A DNA stretch of 39,527 nucleotides from Bacteroidales bacterium (GCA_016926405.1 JAFGOQ010000094.1:1-39527), one strand, 5' to 3'; counted from the first letter of the stretch, positions 8,914 through 18,545 are shown. The notes: generated by a model from the sequence alone, not told the origin. A program made the numbers and translations.

Positions 8914-11900
8914 TTAATACTCACCTACATGTACTACTCTTCCAAGATGGTTTATTCTTACTTTAATGATATCTTTCAGAGAATCTGTATTTCTAATCCT
9001 TTTATAACTAATGTCTTTTAATTCTTTTTTATCTTCTACTGTAGTCTCTAAATGGAATCTAAATACATAATCTTTTGATGTTATTTTTTGTACCCTATAA
9101 AGATTTTTAGCAATTACCTGCATATTATCTGTCGACAAAAGATCATACTCTTTAGGGTCGAAACCATCGGAAGGAAACAGAAACATTTCGTTGCTTTTTA
9201 GTGTGAACATAAATTTCCAACCTAAATTACTATTGTGTTCTTTATCAATAATTGGTAAACCAGCGTTAACTCGCGATACAGCTTCGAAAAACGAAACCAC
9301 TTTCTCTTGTAGCTTACCTTTTTCGTCTTCGTAAATAGCTATATGGTGGTTGTTACCTGTACTAACAAAATCAACGGGTTGTGATTTTCCGTTACTATCT
9401 AATAGTAGTTCGCCACGGTTATTGCGCTTATCGTGCAGGGCAACAGTGTTTTTAACTCCCGATATTCGAACTCTTTTTAGCGAAACACCTTTCTCTTTGT
9501 TTATCCAAATTGGGTTTTTATCGAGATTAGAAAAAGCTAGTTTACTATTGCCGTTAAACTCTTTTAATCTGTTATAAAGTAGTTTCTGAATACCTAAGTC
9601 AATAACTTTCTCAATTTTAAGCTCGGGGCTTATCTCTTTTCTTATAGTATAGTCAACCTCGTATAACTTAACTTTTACCTTTTCGGGTAGAGTTAAAGTT
9701 TTATCGGCATCCAGATAAATAGGATTTTTTGCTAAGCTGTTTTTTGCAGTAAAAGCTTTCTTAGGGTCGCCACCAAACTCGTTTAATCGTTTTAGTAAAG
9801 CCTCTTTATAAATAGGCTTGGTTACATTATTAATATACTCAGCGGTAAATTGCAAGCCAATTTTCTCCTCTTTTACAACAGCTTGTTTCATGCTGCCGTA
9901 AATAGTCTCTTTGTGTAGCTGCCCTCTGGGTGTTAGCTGTACTTTTGTTAAAGACAACTTGTTGCCACCTTGCTTAGTTTTATTAATATTTTTTGTTACT
10001 ACCTTGTTTTTTGCTTTAAACGAAATTAATATCGACTCTAAATGAGTTTTTGCAGAACCTCTAAAATTATCGAAAGGTTTTTTAAACAGTAGTTTTCCCT
10101 TATCGTTTCTGTAAAGTTCTTTCTGCTCAATACCACTTGCATCGCTTGTTTTTATGCTTCTGGCATTTAAATTATTTAGGTATTGAATAAAGCTATGTTT
10201 GGTAAATGCTATAGTAAGCGCATCCATTGCGTGGTGGCGATGATCGTTACGTTTGCTCCAATCTTTAATTCGTTCTTTTGATTCTCCATTTTTGCCTTCA
10301 ATGGTTTCTATAAGACCTAACTCTTTATATTTTCCGAAATTAAGCTCTTTCATAGTATCAACAAGCCCCCAATCTTCGCGTAATCTGCTAGTAACACTTC
10401 CGGTTGTTGTATAAACCTTACGTATAACTTCGTTCAACATTTGAGTAGCCATTTTTGCTATGTACTGACTATTTCGCAAGTCTCTATCGATAAAGTCAGA
10501 CGGTATATCCTTTTCGGCCATTAATAGTTTCAGGTATTTTCCTTTCGATAAACCATCGGTTTTGGCTTTGTACAGTCGCTCAATTCTACCTTTGTACTCT
10601 TCAACAAACTCTTTATCATATTTTTCTGATATAAAATCGATAGCTGTTTTATCGCCTTTTTCAAGATTTATGTTGCGATATTCTAATGTTTTGTTCGAGA
10701 ACGAATCGTCGAATAGTTTAGCTTTTGGTATAATGTGTTCAATATCTATCTCTTTCGAAAATAACTTTTCGCGAGGAATATAAGTATTTGAATAGAGTGT
10801 TTTAAAGCCGTTGCTCTCTAGTTCGCAGTATAGCTTATATCTAATAATATCGTTGCGTGTTGGGTTCTTAATACCAAACTCTTTGCTTAGTAGATCTCTA
10901 ATTTTTTCGTGATTAATTTTAGCCTTGTTAATATTTAATGTGTCGTTTTCTCTCTCTTTAGCACTCTTTTTTAATTCGCGAGCCAACTCAACTCTAACTT
11001 CATCGGGCTTGCCTAAGTCTGGATCGTCTATAATGGCATTAACCACATTAACCATTTGATTTAGAATTTTCTCTACAACAGGGTTTCTTAAACTGTTCTT
11101 TTTTAGAATGTTTAATTTGTCGGATAAAATACGTGTCTCTATTTCCTCTTTTGTTAGGTACGAAGAGTGATTGTATTTTGCATAGTCGCAAGCTACATCG
11201 TATTGGTTTCCCTCTTTTAAGAAGGGTATAATTTTGCTAATTGCTCGTGCACTTAAGCTACCATAGTCCGATTGTAATCTGATATTTGATAATAAACGAG
11301 CATAATTCTCTTTAAAACCAAAATGCTTCTGCAGAGCTTTTATTACCTCTTTGTCGCTCTCAATAGAGTAGAGTATATGCCATAGTTGGTAGCTAGGCTG
11401 CTTGTCGAACTCGTTACCCGAAAGGTTTGTGTTAAAGTTTAGTATATCTGCGTTTATACCTATTTCTTTAAAAATAGTAGTAGTGGTTTCAATAATTTCT
11501 TCGACACTTATTTTTTCGAAATCTATATCGTACCCCTCTTGGTGTAGTATTGTTTTGTAAATATCGAAAAGAGCCTTGTTTGTATTATTTCCTTCTACCT
11601 CTTTATAATTTATAGACCACTCTTTGGGTTTTTTAAATAGCAATTCAAGAACTTGGGTATCTTTTAATTTGCCACGTATGTTTAATTCGGCAAAAAGTTG
11701 TTTTTTCTGTTCAATGTCTAGATTGTATTTGGTTTTAGTCGACTTCTGGGTTACCTCAATATTATTTATTACTTGCCACACTTTAAATTCTTGAAATAGT
11801 GGGCTCGACTTAGGAATAGCTTTGTGGTATTTCTCGAACTCGCAGTTTGAAATAAGATGCTTCTGCGATTTTAAAGGACGTTGGTAAAAAATTGTTATAT

Positions 11901-12975
11901 CGCGTATTTCGTGCTTAATATTGTTTGTTAATTCTGGATAATATTTTGCTTGCGTTTCCCATATTATTTCAAATTCGTCCATGTAATCTTGTCTGTAGAA
12001 TACCTGATTTTTGAAAGAGTAATTAGGGTTTTCGCTAAGCTTTGCGTGCATAAATTCGCCAACAGTTTGTTTGTTGAAGTATAGTTCTTTACTGCGGTCG
12101 CTAATTGCACCAAGATATCCGCTAGAGCTGTTTAAGTTGTTGTTTACCTCGGCTAATACATAGGCTAGTGAATCTAACGATAGTTTTTCGGTAATAGCTT
12201 TAGAGCGTAATTCAAATGTTTTTAGTTTTTTCTCGTCTCTGCTGCCTTTAATGTCGGCTGTATAAATATTGTGTTCTTTAAGTAAAATTTTTGATGTTGC
12301 CATTTTGCCTACATCCTGCAATTGGTTGTAAGTTTTGGTATTAAGTACTTCGGGGTAGTGGTTTGCATGGTTATTCCATATAGCATCGAATTCGTTTTTA
12401 AGATCGGAGCGATAGAAATCGGGAATAAATTTACCTCCATCTTTCAATAAATTAAAGACAAGTTGTCCGGGGGTACATTTTGTCTGGTACAGTTGTTTTG
12501 CAATTTCCATACCATCAATAAGAGTTCCCTCTTCTTCGTTTTTTGCCTTTCGGCTACTTTTATAGCCTCTTTTTTTATTAATAGACAATAGTACGCGGGC
12601 AAATTCATCTTTTTCAATTTTTTCTTTCGCGGCTTTAGCTCTTAAAAGCAAAGTGTTGTGTGTACTGTTTTCTCCTGTTTCTGTTAAAACAGTATTATCA
12701 TCAATAAACCCAATACTTTTAAGTGTATTAATAAGATTAGCTCGTCGTTGTTTAAAACGTTGTATTCCTCTACGTGCCCCTCGCTTTGAAGTTCTGTCGG
12801 CATTTACAGTTATTGATTTACCCTTTTCAAAATCTGTTTGTTCATCGGTAGAAAGAGGGTTAACTCTAACACCTAAGCGTACTATTTCCGATTTCTCGGA
12901 ACTGTTTTCTGCCTCTTTTACATAAGCCCATCCAATAGATGTGGTTCCTAAGTCGAGTCCTAAAATCTTTTTCAT
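8914..12975 (-). CDS. cas9: Type II-C Cas9 (1353 aa)
   Basis: RuvC-I LGLDLGTTSIGWA, Arg-rich bridge helix, RuvC-II VELARE, HNH DIEHIIP..DDSFSNK, RuvC-III HRHHAMDA; no csn2 or cas4 in the operon. Confidence 0.99.
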   Translation of the reverse strand: MKKILGLDLGTTSIGWAYVKEAENSSEKSEIVRLGVRVNPLSTDEQTDFEKGKSITVNADRTSKRGARRGIQRFKQRRANLINTLKSIGFIDDNTVLTETGENSTHNTLLLRAKAAKEKIEKDEFARVLLSINKKRGYKSSRKAKNEEEGTLIDGMEIAKQLYQTKCTPGQLVFNLLKDGGKFIPDFYRSDLKNEFDAIWNNHANHYPEVLNTKTYNQLQDVGKMATSKILLKEHNIYTADIKGSRDEKKLKTFELRSKAITEKLSLDSLAYVLAEVNNNLNSSSGYLGAISDRSKELYFNKQTVGEFMHAKLSENPNYSFKNQVFYRQDYMDEFEIIWETQAKYYPELTNNIKHEIRDITIFYQRPLKSQKHLISNCEFEKYHKAIPKSSPLFQEFKVWQVINNIEVTQKSTKTKYNLDIEQKKQLFAELNIRGKLKDTQVLELLFKKPKEWSINYKEVEGNNTNKALFDIYKTILHQEGYDIDFEKISVEEIIETTTTIFKEIGINADILNFNTNLSGNEFDKQPSYQLWHILYSIESDKEVIKALQKHFGFKENYARLLSNIRLQSDYGSLSARAISKIIPFLKEGNQYDVACDYAKYNHSSYLTKEEIETRILSDKLNILKKNSLRNPVVEKILNQMVNVVNAIIDDPDLGKPDEVRVELARELKKSAKERENDTLNINKAKINHEKIRDLLSKEFGIKNPTRNDIIRYKLYCELESNGFKTLYSNTYIPREKLFSKEIDIEHIIPKAKLFDDSFSNKTLEYRNINLEKGDKTAIDFISEKYDKEFVEEYKGRIERLYKAKTDGLSKGKYLKLLMAEKDIPSDFIDRDLRNSQYIAKMATQMLNEVIRKVYTTTGSVTSRLREDWGLVDTMKELNFGKYKELGLIETIEGKNGESKERIKDWSKRNDHRHHAMDALTIAFTKHSFIQYLNNLNARSIKTSDASGIEQKELYRNDKGKLLFKKPFDNFRGSAKTHLESILISFKAKNKVVTKNINKTKQGGNKLSLTKVQLTPRGQLHKETIYGSMKQAVVKEEKIGLQFTAEYINNVTKPIYKEALLKRLNEFGGDPKKAFTAKNSLAKNPIYLDADKTLTLPEKVKVKLYEVDYTIRKEISPELKIEKVIDLGIQKLLYNRLKEFNGNSKLAFSNLDKNPIWINKEKGVSLKRVRISGVKNTVALHDKRNNRGELLLDSNGKSQPVDFVSTGNNHHIAIYEDEKGKLQEKVVSFFEAVSRVNAGLPIIDKEHNSNLGWKFMFTLKSNEMFLFPSDGFDPKEYDLLSTDNMQVIAKNLYRVQKITSKDYVFRFHLETTVEDKKELKDISYKRIRNTDSLKDIIKVRINHLGRVVHVGEY

Positions 12976-12983
12976 ATATATGT

Positions 12984-13013
12984 TTTGTATTTAATAATTA
13001 TCGTCTATATTTG
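12984..13013 (+). promoter_or_regulatory. tracrRNA promoter
   Basis: TTTG-N18-TATATTTG directly before the anti-repeat. Confidence 0.7.
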
Positions 13014-13017
13014 TCGT

Positions 13018-13101
13018 ACAAATTGAAAGTAATCACAATAAGGATTATTCCGTTGTGAAAACATTTAAAGCGGCTTTTCTTCTGGAGTGTCGCTTTTTTT
13101 T
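13018..13101 (+). ncRNA. tracrRNA
   Basis: ACAAATTGAAAGTAATCACAAT is complementary to the repeat 5' half. It is followed by AAGGATTATTCC (nexus-like), a TGT-GAAA-ACA hairpin, and an AAAGCGGC...GTCGCTTT terminator with U-run. Confidence 0.9.
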
Positions 13102-13300
13102 GCTTAAATGTTTCATGTACACCAAAATTTTATAGTAGGTGAATATACATTAAAGCGGTTAGGTTGTTTTCTGTAGCCCTTTTTTATGACCGTTAAATAT
13201 AGCCATTATTGATTTATTGTAGGTTTGTTTGTAGAGTGTTTTTTGTTGTAAAATAGTAGTTGTTTTTATACTGTTTTTATTTGCTGCTGTAGGGTTGAAA

Positions 13301-13670
13301 AAAACGTAACGTGGTTTCACCCAAAACCTAACATGGTCTTACCCAAAACCTAACGTGGTCTTACCCAAAACCTAACGTGGTTTTACCCAAAACGTAACGT
13401 GGTTTCACCTAAAACCTAACGTGGTTTTACCCAAAACCTAACGTGGTTTTACCCAAAACCTAACGTGGTTTCACCTAAAACCTAACGTGGTTTCACCCAA
13501 AACGTAACGTGGTTTTACCCAAAACCTAACGTGGTTTCACCTAAAACGTAACGTGGTTTTACCCAAAACCTAACGTGGTTTCACCCAAAACCTAACGTGG
13601 TTTCACCCAAAACCTAACGTGGTTTTACTCAAAACCTAACGTGGTTTCACCCAAAACCTAACGTGGTTTT
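13301..13670. repeat. 22-bp tandem repeat array, 16 full + 1 partial units
   Basis: Consensus AAAAC(C/G)TAACGTGGTTT(T/C)ACC(C/T); units start exactly every 22 bp from 13301 to 13653. Confidence 0.97.
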
Positions 13671-13724
13671 TTATCCTTAGTGTGGTGTGTGATTCTCGAG
13701 AAGGGTATTACTATTGTATGAAGC

Positions 13725-13755
13725 AAAAAAAAAGGTCTTTAAAAAAGACCTTTTT
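13725..13755 (-). terminator. Terminator of HU-like gene
   Basis: AAAAAGGTCTTT/AAAGACCTTTTT stem with an A9 run. Confidence 0.75.
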
Positions 13756-13763
13756 CATAGTTT

Positions 13764-14147
13764 TTAGTTTTTCTGGTAGGTAAGATTATTAAGAATAAAT
13801 TTTAAATCTTTACCCGGAGTGAAGAGAGCTTTTGCACCTTTAATGCTGCGCGATGTAACCTTGTCGGCACTATCTTCGCCATTACTGCTAATGCTAACTC
13901 TTAGGCTACCTAATTTACCTAGGCGAACAATTTTGCCATCGGCCAACGAAGCTTGCATAAAGTCAACCAAACCGTATATTACCGCACTAATATCGGCACC
14001 GCTAACAGTACTAATTTTCTCTACTCCTTTAATTAAGTCTTCTAAACTTAACTCTCCAGATGTTACAGCGTTGGCGTAAAACTTTTTTTCGCCGCCACCA
14101 ACAACTCCCGGCTTACCTTTTTCAATAATATTATACTTTATAGACAT
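13764..14147 (-). CDS. Bacteroidota HU-like (histone-like, TIGR01201-type) DNA-binding protein
   Basis: KKFYA...TVSGADISAVI..L...LADGKIVRLGKLGSLRVSISS.G...IKGAKALFTPG pattern. Confidence 0.88.
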   Translation of the reverse strand: MSIKYNIIEKGKPGVVGGGEKKFYANAVTSGELSLEDLIKGVEKISTVSGADISAVIYGLVDFMQASLADGKIVRLGKLGSLRVSISSNGEDSADKVTSRSIKGAKALFTPGKDLKFILNNLTYQKN

Positions 14148-14576
14148 CTATAAAAATTTAGGTTAATAAAATGCCCTAATGGGCGTTAACTACAATTTTG
14201 TGTATTTATGATATTCTTAATGTAAATTTAAAATCTGTTGAACTAACACTATTTGTCGAAAACAAATCTTTTATATCACTGTGTGTTTTAAATTTACGTC
14301 TGTTAAAGTAATAATTATTTTTTAAAACTCTATACGACGGTTATGAAAAAAATAAAAAAAATAACAAAATGCATTAATTTTTTTCTGAAACCATTGTATT
14401 TACTGATGTTTTAGTAATCAGTGTGTTTTAATCTTTTTAAGAAAAATTTATCTTGATATAGTTTTTTTGTCTTCATCTGATTTGGTGAAGACCTTTTTGG
14501 AATAAAAACAAATGCCTGCGAAGGGTTTTGTTTTTTGTAATATTGTTGGAGTGATTGTAATTAGTGAAGAAAATAG

Positions 14577-14650
14577 TCGGGATGACAGGATTTGAACCTG
14601 CGACCCCTGGTCCCCCAGACCAGTACGCTACCGGACTGCGCCACATCCCG
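14577..14650 (-). tRNA. tRNA-Pro(GGG), CCA not encoded
   Basis: Minus strand CGGGATG acceptor stem, CTGGT-CTGGGGG-ACCAG anticodon arm, GGTTCAAATCC T-loop. Confidence 0.95.
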
Positions 14651-14752
14651 AACTAGAGTGCAAATAGAGTAAATATTATTGAATATTTCAATATGTTTTT
14701 TGTTTTTTCTTTTGCTTAATTATTCTAATAGATCTTGAAGAGGAGAGTTTGT

Positions 14753-14808
14753 TAGTGAAATAGTGATATAGTGAAATAGTGAAATAGTGATATAGTGAAA
14801 TAGTGATA
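14753..14808. repeat. Octamer tandem repeat (TAGTGAWA)x7
   Basis: Seven consecutive TAGTGAAA/TAGTGATA units. Confidence 0.9.
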
Positions 14809-14908
14809 TGGTAGTACAGTAATATTGTGTTTTAGGCATTCACACTTACCAACTAGTAACTATATAACTATTAACTTTTTTATATTTGTCGCAAATTTAT
14901 TCGCAATT

Positions 14909-16078
14909 ATGATAAGTAACATTTACAAGTTATATATAATAAAGCTGGCTAAGTGGTTTATGCTGGTTATGCCAATAGTTGTATTGTTTTACGAGAGCAA
15001 CGGACTATCGGTAAGGCATGTTTTTATTTTACAGGCAATTTACTCGGTTTCGGTTGTTGTTTTAGAGATCCCTTCGGGTTATATGGCCGATGTTTTAGGT
15101 CGAAAACTAACTCTTATTAGTGGTGCGGTTCTTGGATTTTTAGGTTTTCTTATCTATTCGTGCTCGTATGGCTTTTGGGGTTTTTTAGTTGCCGAGGTAG
15201 TTTTAGGTATAGGACAGAGTTTTATTTCGGGAGCCGACTCGGCTATGTTGTACGACTCGTTAAAGCAAGATAATCGCGAACACGAGTATGCCAAATACGA
15301 GGGCTTTACAATGTCGATAGGAAATTTTGCCGAGGCAATAGCTGGTGTGGCAGGAGGTTTTTTGGCAACAATATCGTTACGAACACCATATATAATTCAA
15401 ACAGTAATTGCTTTTTTTGCTATTCCAGCAGCAATAGCCCTTGTTGAGCCAAAAAAAGTAACCGACTCGGCAATGCCAGGCTTAAAAGCAATTCTTCGGG
15501 TAGTAAGGTATTCGTTAGTTGAAAACAGAGAGTTGCGCTATAATATAATTGTATCGTCGGTTATTGGTTGTGGTACGCTTACAATGGCTTGGTTTGTGCA
15601 GCCATTTTTTATTCAGATTAATTTACCTGTTAAGTGGTATGGTGTTTTGTGGACTATGCTGAATATTTTGGTTGGTATAACTGCAATATTTGCTTTTAGA
15701 TTTGATAAGCGCTATGGTCAGATAAAACTTGTTACAGCTATAGTAATTGTTATTTCAGTATGCTTTGCTTTGGTTGGATTAATTGCTTCGTACTGGGCTT
15801 TGGCGGTTCTTATTCTCTTTTATTTATTGCGAGGTGTTGCCACGCCAGTGCTGAAAGATTATATAAATAGATTGTGCGACTCTAATATTAGAGCAACGGT
15901 GCTCTCTGTTCGTAATTTTGTAATTAGAATTATGTTCTCGATAATTGCTCCTATAGTAGGATGGATGTGCGATGCTTATAGTCTGTCAATAGCCTTGTAT
16001 TTAGTTGCTATTGTCGTAATAATTGTTGGTGGGGTCTCTTTGGTGTTGCTAAAACAAGTGTTAAATAGTAATAACTAA
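14909..16078 (+). CDS. MFS transporter (start reassigned to ATG 14909)
   Basis: EIPSGYMADVLGRK motif A, SGADSAMLYDSL, many TM helices; TATATTTG promoter box at 14881-14888. Confidence 0.88.
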   Translation: MISNIYKLYIIKLAKWFMLVMPIVVLFYESNGLSVRHVFILQAIYSVSVVVLEIPSGYMADVLGRKLTLISGAVLGFLGFLIYSCSYGFWGFLVAEVVLGIGQSFISGADSAMLYDSLKQDNREHEYAKYEGFTMSIGNFAEAIAGVAGGFLATISLRTPYIIQTVIAFFAIPAAIALVEPKKVTDSAMPGLKAILRVVRYSLVENRELRYNIIVSSVIGCGTLTMAWFVQPFFIQINLPVKWYGVLWTMLNILVGITAIFAFRFDKRYGQIKLVTAIVIVISVCFALVGLIASYWALAVLILFYLLRGVATPVLKDYINRLCDSNIRATVLSVRNFVIRIMFSIIAPIVGWMCDAYSLSIALYLVAIVVIIVGGVSLVLLKQVLNSNN

Positions 16079-16822
16079 ACCATCGAACCCCATAATTACG
16101 TTAGGAGGCAAGTTCTCTTGCACTTCGTCGTTTTTGCCAATTTGATGCGAAATGTGGGTGAGATATGCTTTTTCGGGTTTTATCTTTTTAATAACCTCAA
16201 GCGTTTCGTCTAAGCAATAGTGCGATATGTGTTTCTCTATTCGCAGGGCGTTTATAACTAAATGTTTTACCCCTTTAAGTTTTTTTATCTCTTTCTCCGA
16301 AATAAAATTAAAGTCGGTTAGGTAAGCAAAATCGCCAATTTTGTAACCCAAAACAGGTAGCTTAAAGTGTAATCCTCGGATTGGAGTTATTTCGGTATTT
16401 TCTATTTTAAAAGGTTTATTATCAATTGTTTTTAGGTTGATATCGGGCGATCCGGGATATTTTTTTTCGGCAAAAGCGTATGCGAAAGTCTCTTTCAGAT
16501 AATCAATAACTCTGGCTTCGGCATAAAGGTCTACAGCTTTGTTATGAATGTAGTTTATCGATCTAATATCGTCTAATCCACCAATATGATCGCGATGCTC
16601 GTGTGTAATAAGTATAGCGTTAATGTCGGTTGTTCCCGACAATAGCATTTGCTGACGAAAATCGGGTCCTACATCAATAAGAATATTTTTGTTGTCAACC
16701 GAAACTAAAGCCGAGGTACGTAACCTTGCATCTTTACTGTTTGTTGATTCACAAACTTCGCATTTGCATCCTATAACGGGCACTCCTTGAGAGGTACCAG
16801 TTCCTAAAAGAGTTATTTTCAA
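16061..16822 (-). CDS. MBL-fold metallo-hydrolase, PhnP-like
   Basis: LGTGTSQGVP.IGC.C.VC, THEHRDHIGGLDD, LTHISH. Confidence 0.92.
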   Translation of the reverse strand: MKITLLGTGTSQGVPVIGCKCEVCESTNSKDARLRTSALVSVDNKNILIDVGPDFRQQMLLSGTTDINAILITHEHRDHIGGLDDIRSINYIHNKAVDLYAEARVIDYLKETFAYAFAEKKYPGSPDINLKTIDNKPFKIENTEITPIRGLHFKLPVLGYKIGDFAYLTDFNFISEKEIKKLKGVKHLVINALRIEKHISHYCLDETLEVIKKIKPEKAYLTHISHQIGKNDEVQENLPPNVIMGFDGLVITI

Positions 16823-17736
16823 TGTCGTTGAGTTCTTTCTTCAATAAAGATGAAATATAGCAAATAAAGCAATACAATCACAGCTAAAACAGCCGAAGGT
16901 ACTGCAGCTTTTTTTCCGAAAAGTTGAAAAGCTGTAACAACCGAAAAACCAGAGCTTTTTATGGTAAGCAATAGTGTTTGAGGGTGTCTAATGCTATCGG
17001 GGATTTTAAAAAGTTTGGCAATTTTTTTGAATAACCAGCCTATTCCAAAGGTAGAAATTACCAATACAGCCGATACTTTTAGTACAGTTTCTATGTCTGA
17101 AAAGAAGACGTTTCTATTTAATCCAACAGCTGTAAATATTATTAAAGCAAAGCCATAGTCTACAATTCTACCTCTAATTTTTTCGACAGTAGTTACTGTT
17201 TTAGCCATTAAAAGTAATCGGGATAATAGTAGCGGAACAATAATTACTTTAAACATGAGAATAAATATGTCTAATGCTTTAACCGAATCGTTACCCGAGA
17301 AGGTTTTTATTATAATAGGAGCAAGAAACACTGCTGCTAAAAAAGCACCGAAAACACCCAGAATAGAGTACTTAATATTGCCTTTTACTATGTGCGAAAA
17401 AGGGATTATGGCAACGCCAGGAGGCGAAGCAACAATAACAACAAAACCAATAAAGATATCTTTGTCGGGTATTAAAAAGTATGCCGATGTTATTACCGAT
17501 ATGCCAAAAACAAGGTAGTTTAAAATTGTTCCTGTTATTATTGGATTAATAACTTCTTTAAGAGGGAAGAAGTCTTTAGTATGCAATCCGGTAAGCGAAA
17601 AAGTCATTACTAAGCCTAAAATAAAAATTGTATAGGGTTGTAATAATTTGGCGTAGTCGCCAAGTGAAAAGCCTAAAAGCAAGGCTACTACTAATATTGT
17701 GTTTCTGTTGTTTAGCTTTTTTAGTATGATATTCAT
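16819..17736 (-). CDS. Bile acid:sodium symporter-like membrane protein
   Basis: Polytopic membrane protein; GFVVIVASPPG...VKGN motif. Confidence 0.65.
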   Translation of the reverse strand: MNIILKKLNNRNTILVVALLLGFSLGDYAKLLQPYTIFILGLVMTFSLTGLHTKDFFPLKEVINPIITGTILNYLVFGISVITSAYFLIPDKDIFIGFVVIVASPPGVAIIPFSHIVKGNIKYSILGVFGAFLAAVFLAPIIIKTFSGNDSVKALDIFILMFKVIIVPLLLSRLLLMAKTVTTVEKIRGRIVDYGFALIIFTAVGLNRNVFFSDIETVLKVSAVLVISTFGIGWLFKKIAKLFKIPDSIRHPQTLLLTIKSSGFSVVTAFQLFGKKAAVPSAVLAVIVLLYLLYFIFIEERTQRH

Positions 17737-17774
17737 TCTGTATTAACTATTAATTAGATGTTTTTGTTTAGACC

Positions 17775-17811
17775 CAAAATTAACTATTGGATAATTATTA
17801 TTGTACTTTTG
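17775..17811. promoter_or_regulatory. Back-to-back divergent -7 boxes
   Basis: TAATTTTG on minus (17775-17782) and TACTTTTG on plus (17804-17811). Confidence 0.55.
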
Positions 17812-17828
17812 TTGAAAATAAAATAATT

Positions 17829-18545
17829 ATGAGTGAAAAAGGAGTTTTATACCTAGTGCCTTGCGATTTGGGTGGCGATAATGTGAAGAAAATAATGCCA
17901 GAGCAGGTACTTGATGTACTTAATGTTACTAAGTATTATATTGTTGAAAATATTAGGACTGCGCGAAGATATATAAGCAAAATGAAGATAGAACAGAAAA
18001 TTGATGATTTAGATTTTTCTGTATTGAATAAACACACACAACCCGAAGAGTTAGCAGGTTTTCTTGCTCCAGCACTGCAAGGAGAGAATATTGGACTTAT
18101 TTCGGAGGCAGGTGTACCTGGAGTTGCCGATCCTGGTGCCGATGTTGTTGCTATTGCACACTCAATGGGAATAAGGGTTGTTCCTTTAGTTGGTCCGTCG
18201 TCTATATTATTATCGCTTATGGCTTCGGGTTTGAATGGCCAGAACTTTGCTTTTTTGGGTTATATACCAGCAAAAAATCCCGATCGCTCGAAGCAGCTTA
18301 AGCAAATGGAGCAACGTTCGGAGAGCCTAAATCAGACGCAGATATTTATTGAAACACCTTTCAGAAATATGCATCTTTTTGATGATGTTTTAAAAAGTTG
18401 CTCCGACTCTACAATGTTTTGTGTTGCCCGAGGTATTACTACCGACCAAGAATTTATAAAAACATTGAGTATTAAAGATTGGAAAAAGCAAAAGGATATA
18501 GATTTAAATAAAATTCCAACAATATTTCTTATTAAAAAGGGATAA
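17829..18545 (+). CDS. RsmI-like SAM-dependent methyltransferase (start reassigned to ATG 17829)
   Basis: ISEAGVPGVADPGA, VVPLVGPSSI, SGLNGQNFAFLGY, FIETPFRN. Confidence 0.88.
   Translation: MSEKGVLYLVPCDLGGDNVKKIMPEQVLDVLNVTKYYIVENIRTARRYISKMKIEQKIDDLDFSVLNKHTQPEELAGFLAPALQGENIGLISEAGVPGVADPGADVVAIAHSMGIRVVPLVGPSSILLSLMASGLNGQNFAFLGYIPAKNPDRSKQLKQMEQRSESLNQTQIFIETPFRNMHLFDDVLKSCSDSTMFCVARGITTDQEFIKTLSIKDWKKQKDIDLNKIPTIFLIKKG

Noticed and set aside
13301-13670. 22-bp array as a second CRISPR; its 17 units equal the 17 CRISPR repeats
   Set aside because: No spacers, and the equal count has no mechanistic support.
14148-14576. Possible att site or integrase remnant next to tRNA-Pro
   Set aside because: No duplication of the tRNA 3' end and no ORF found by eye.
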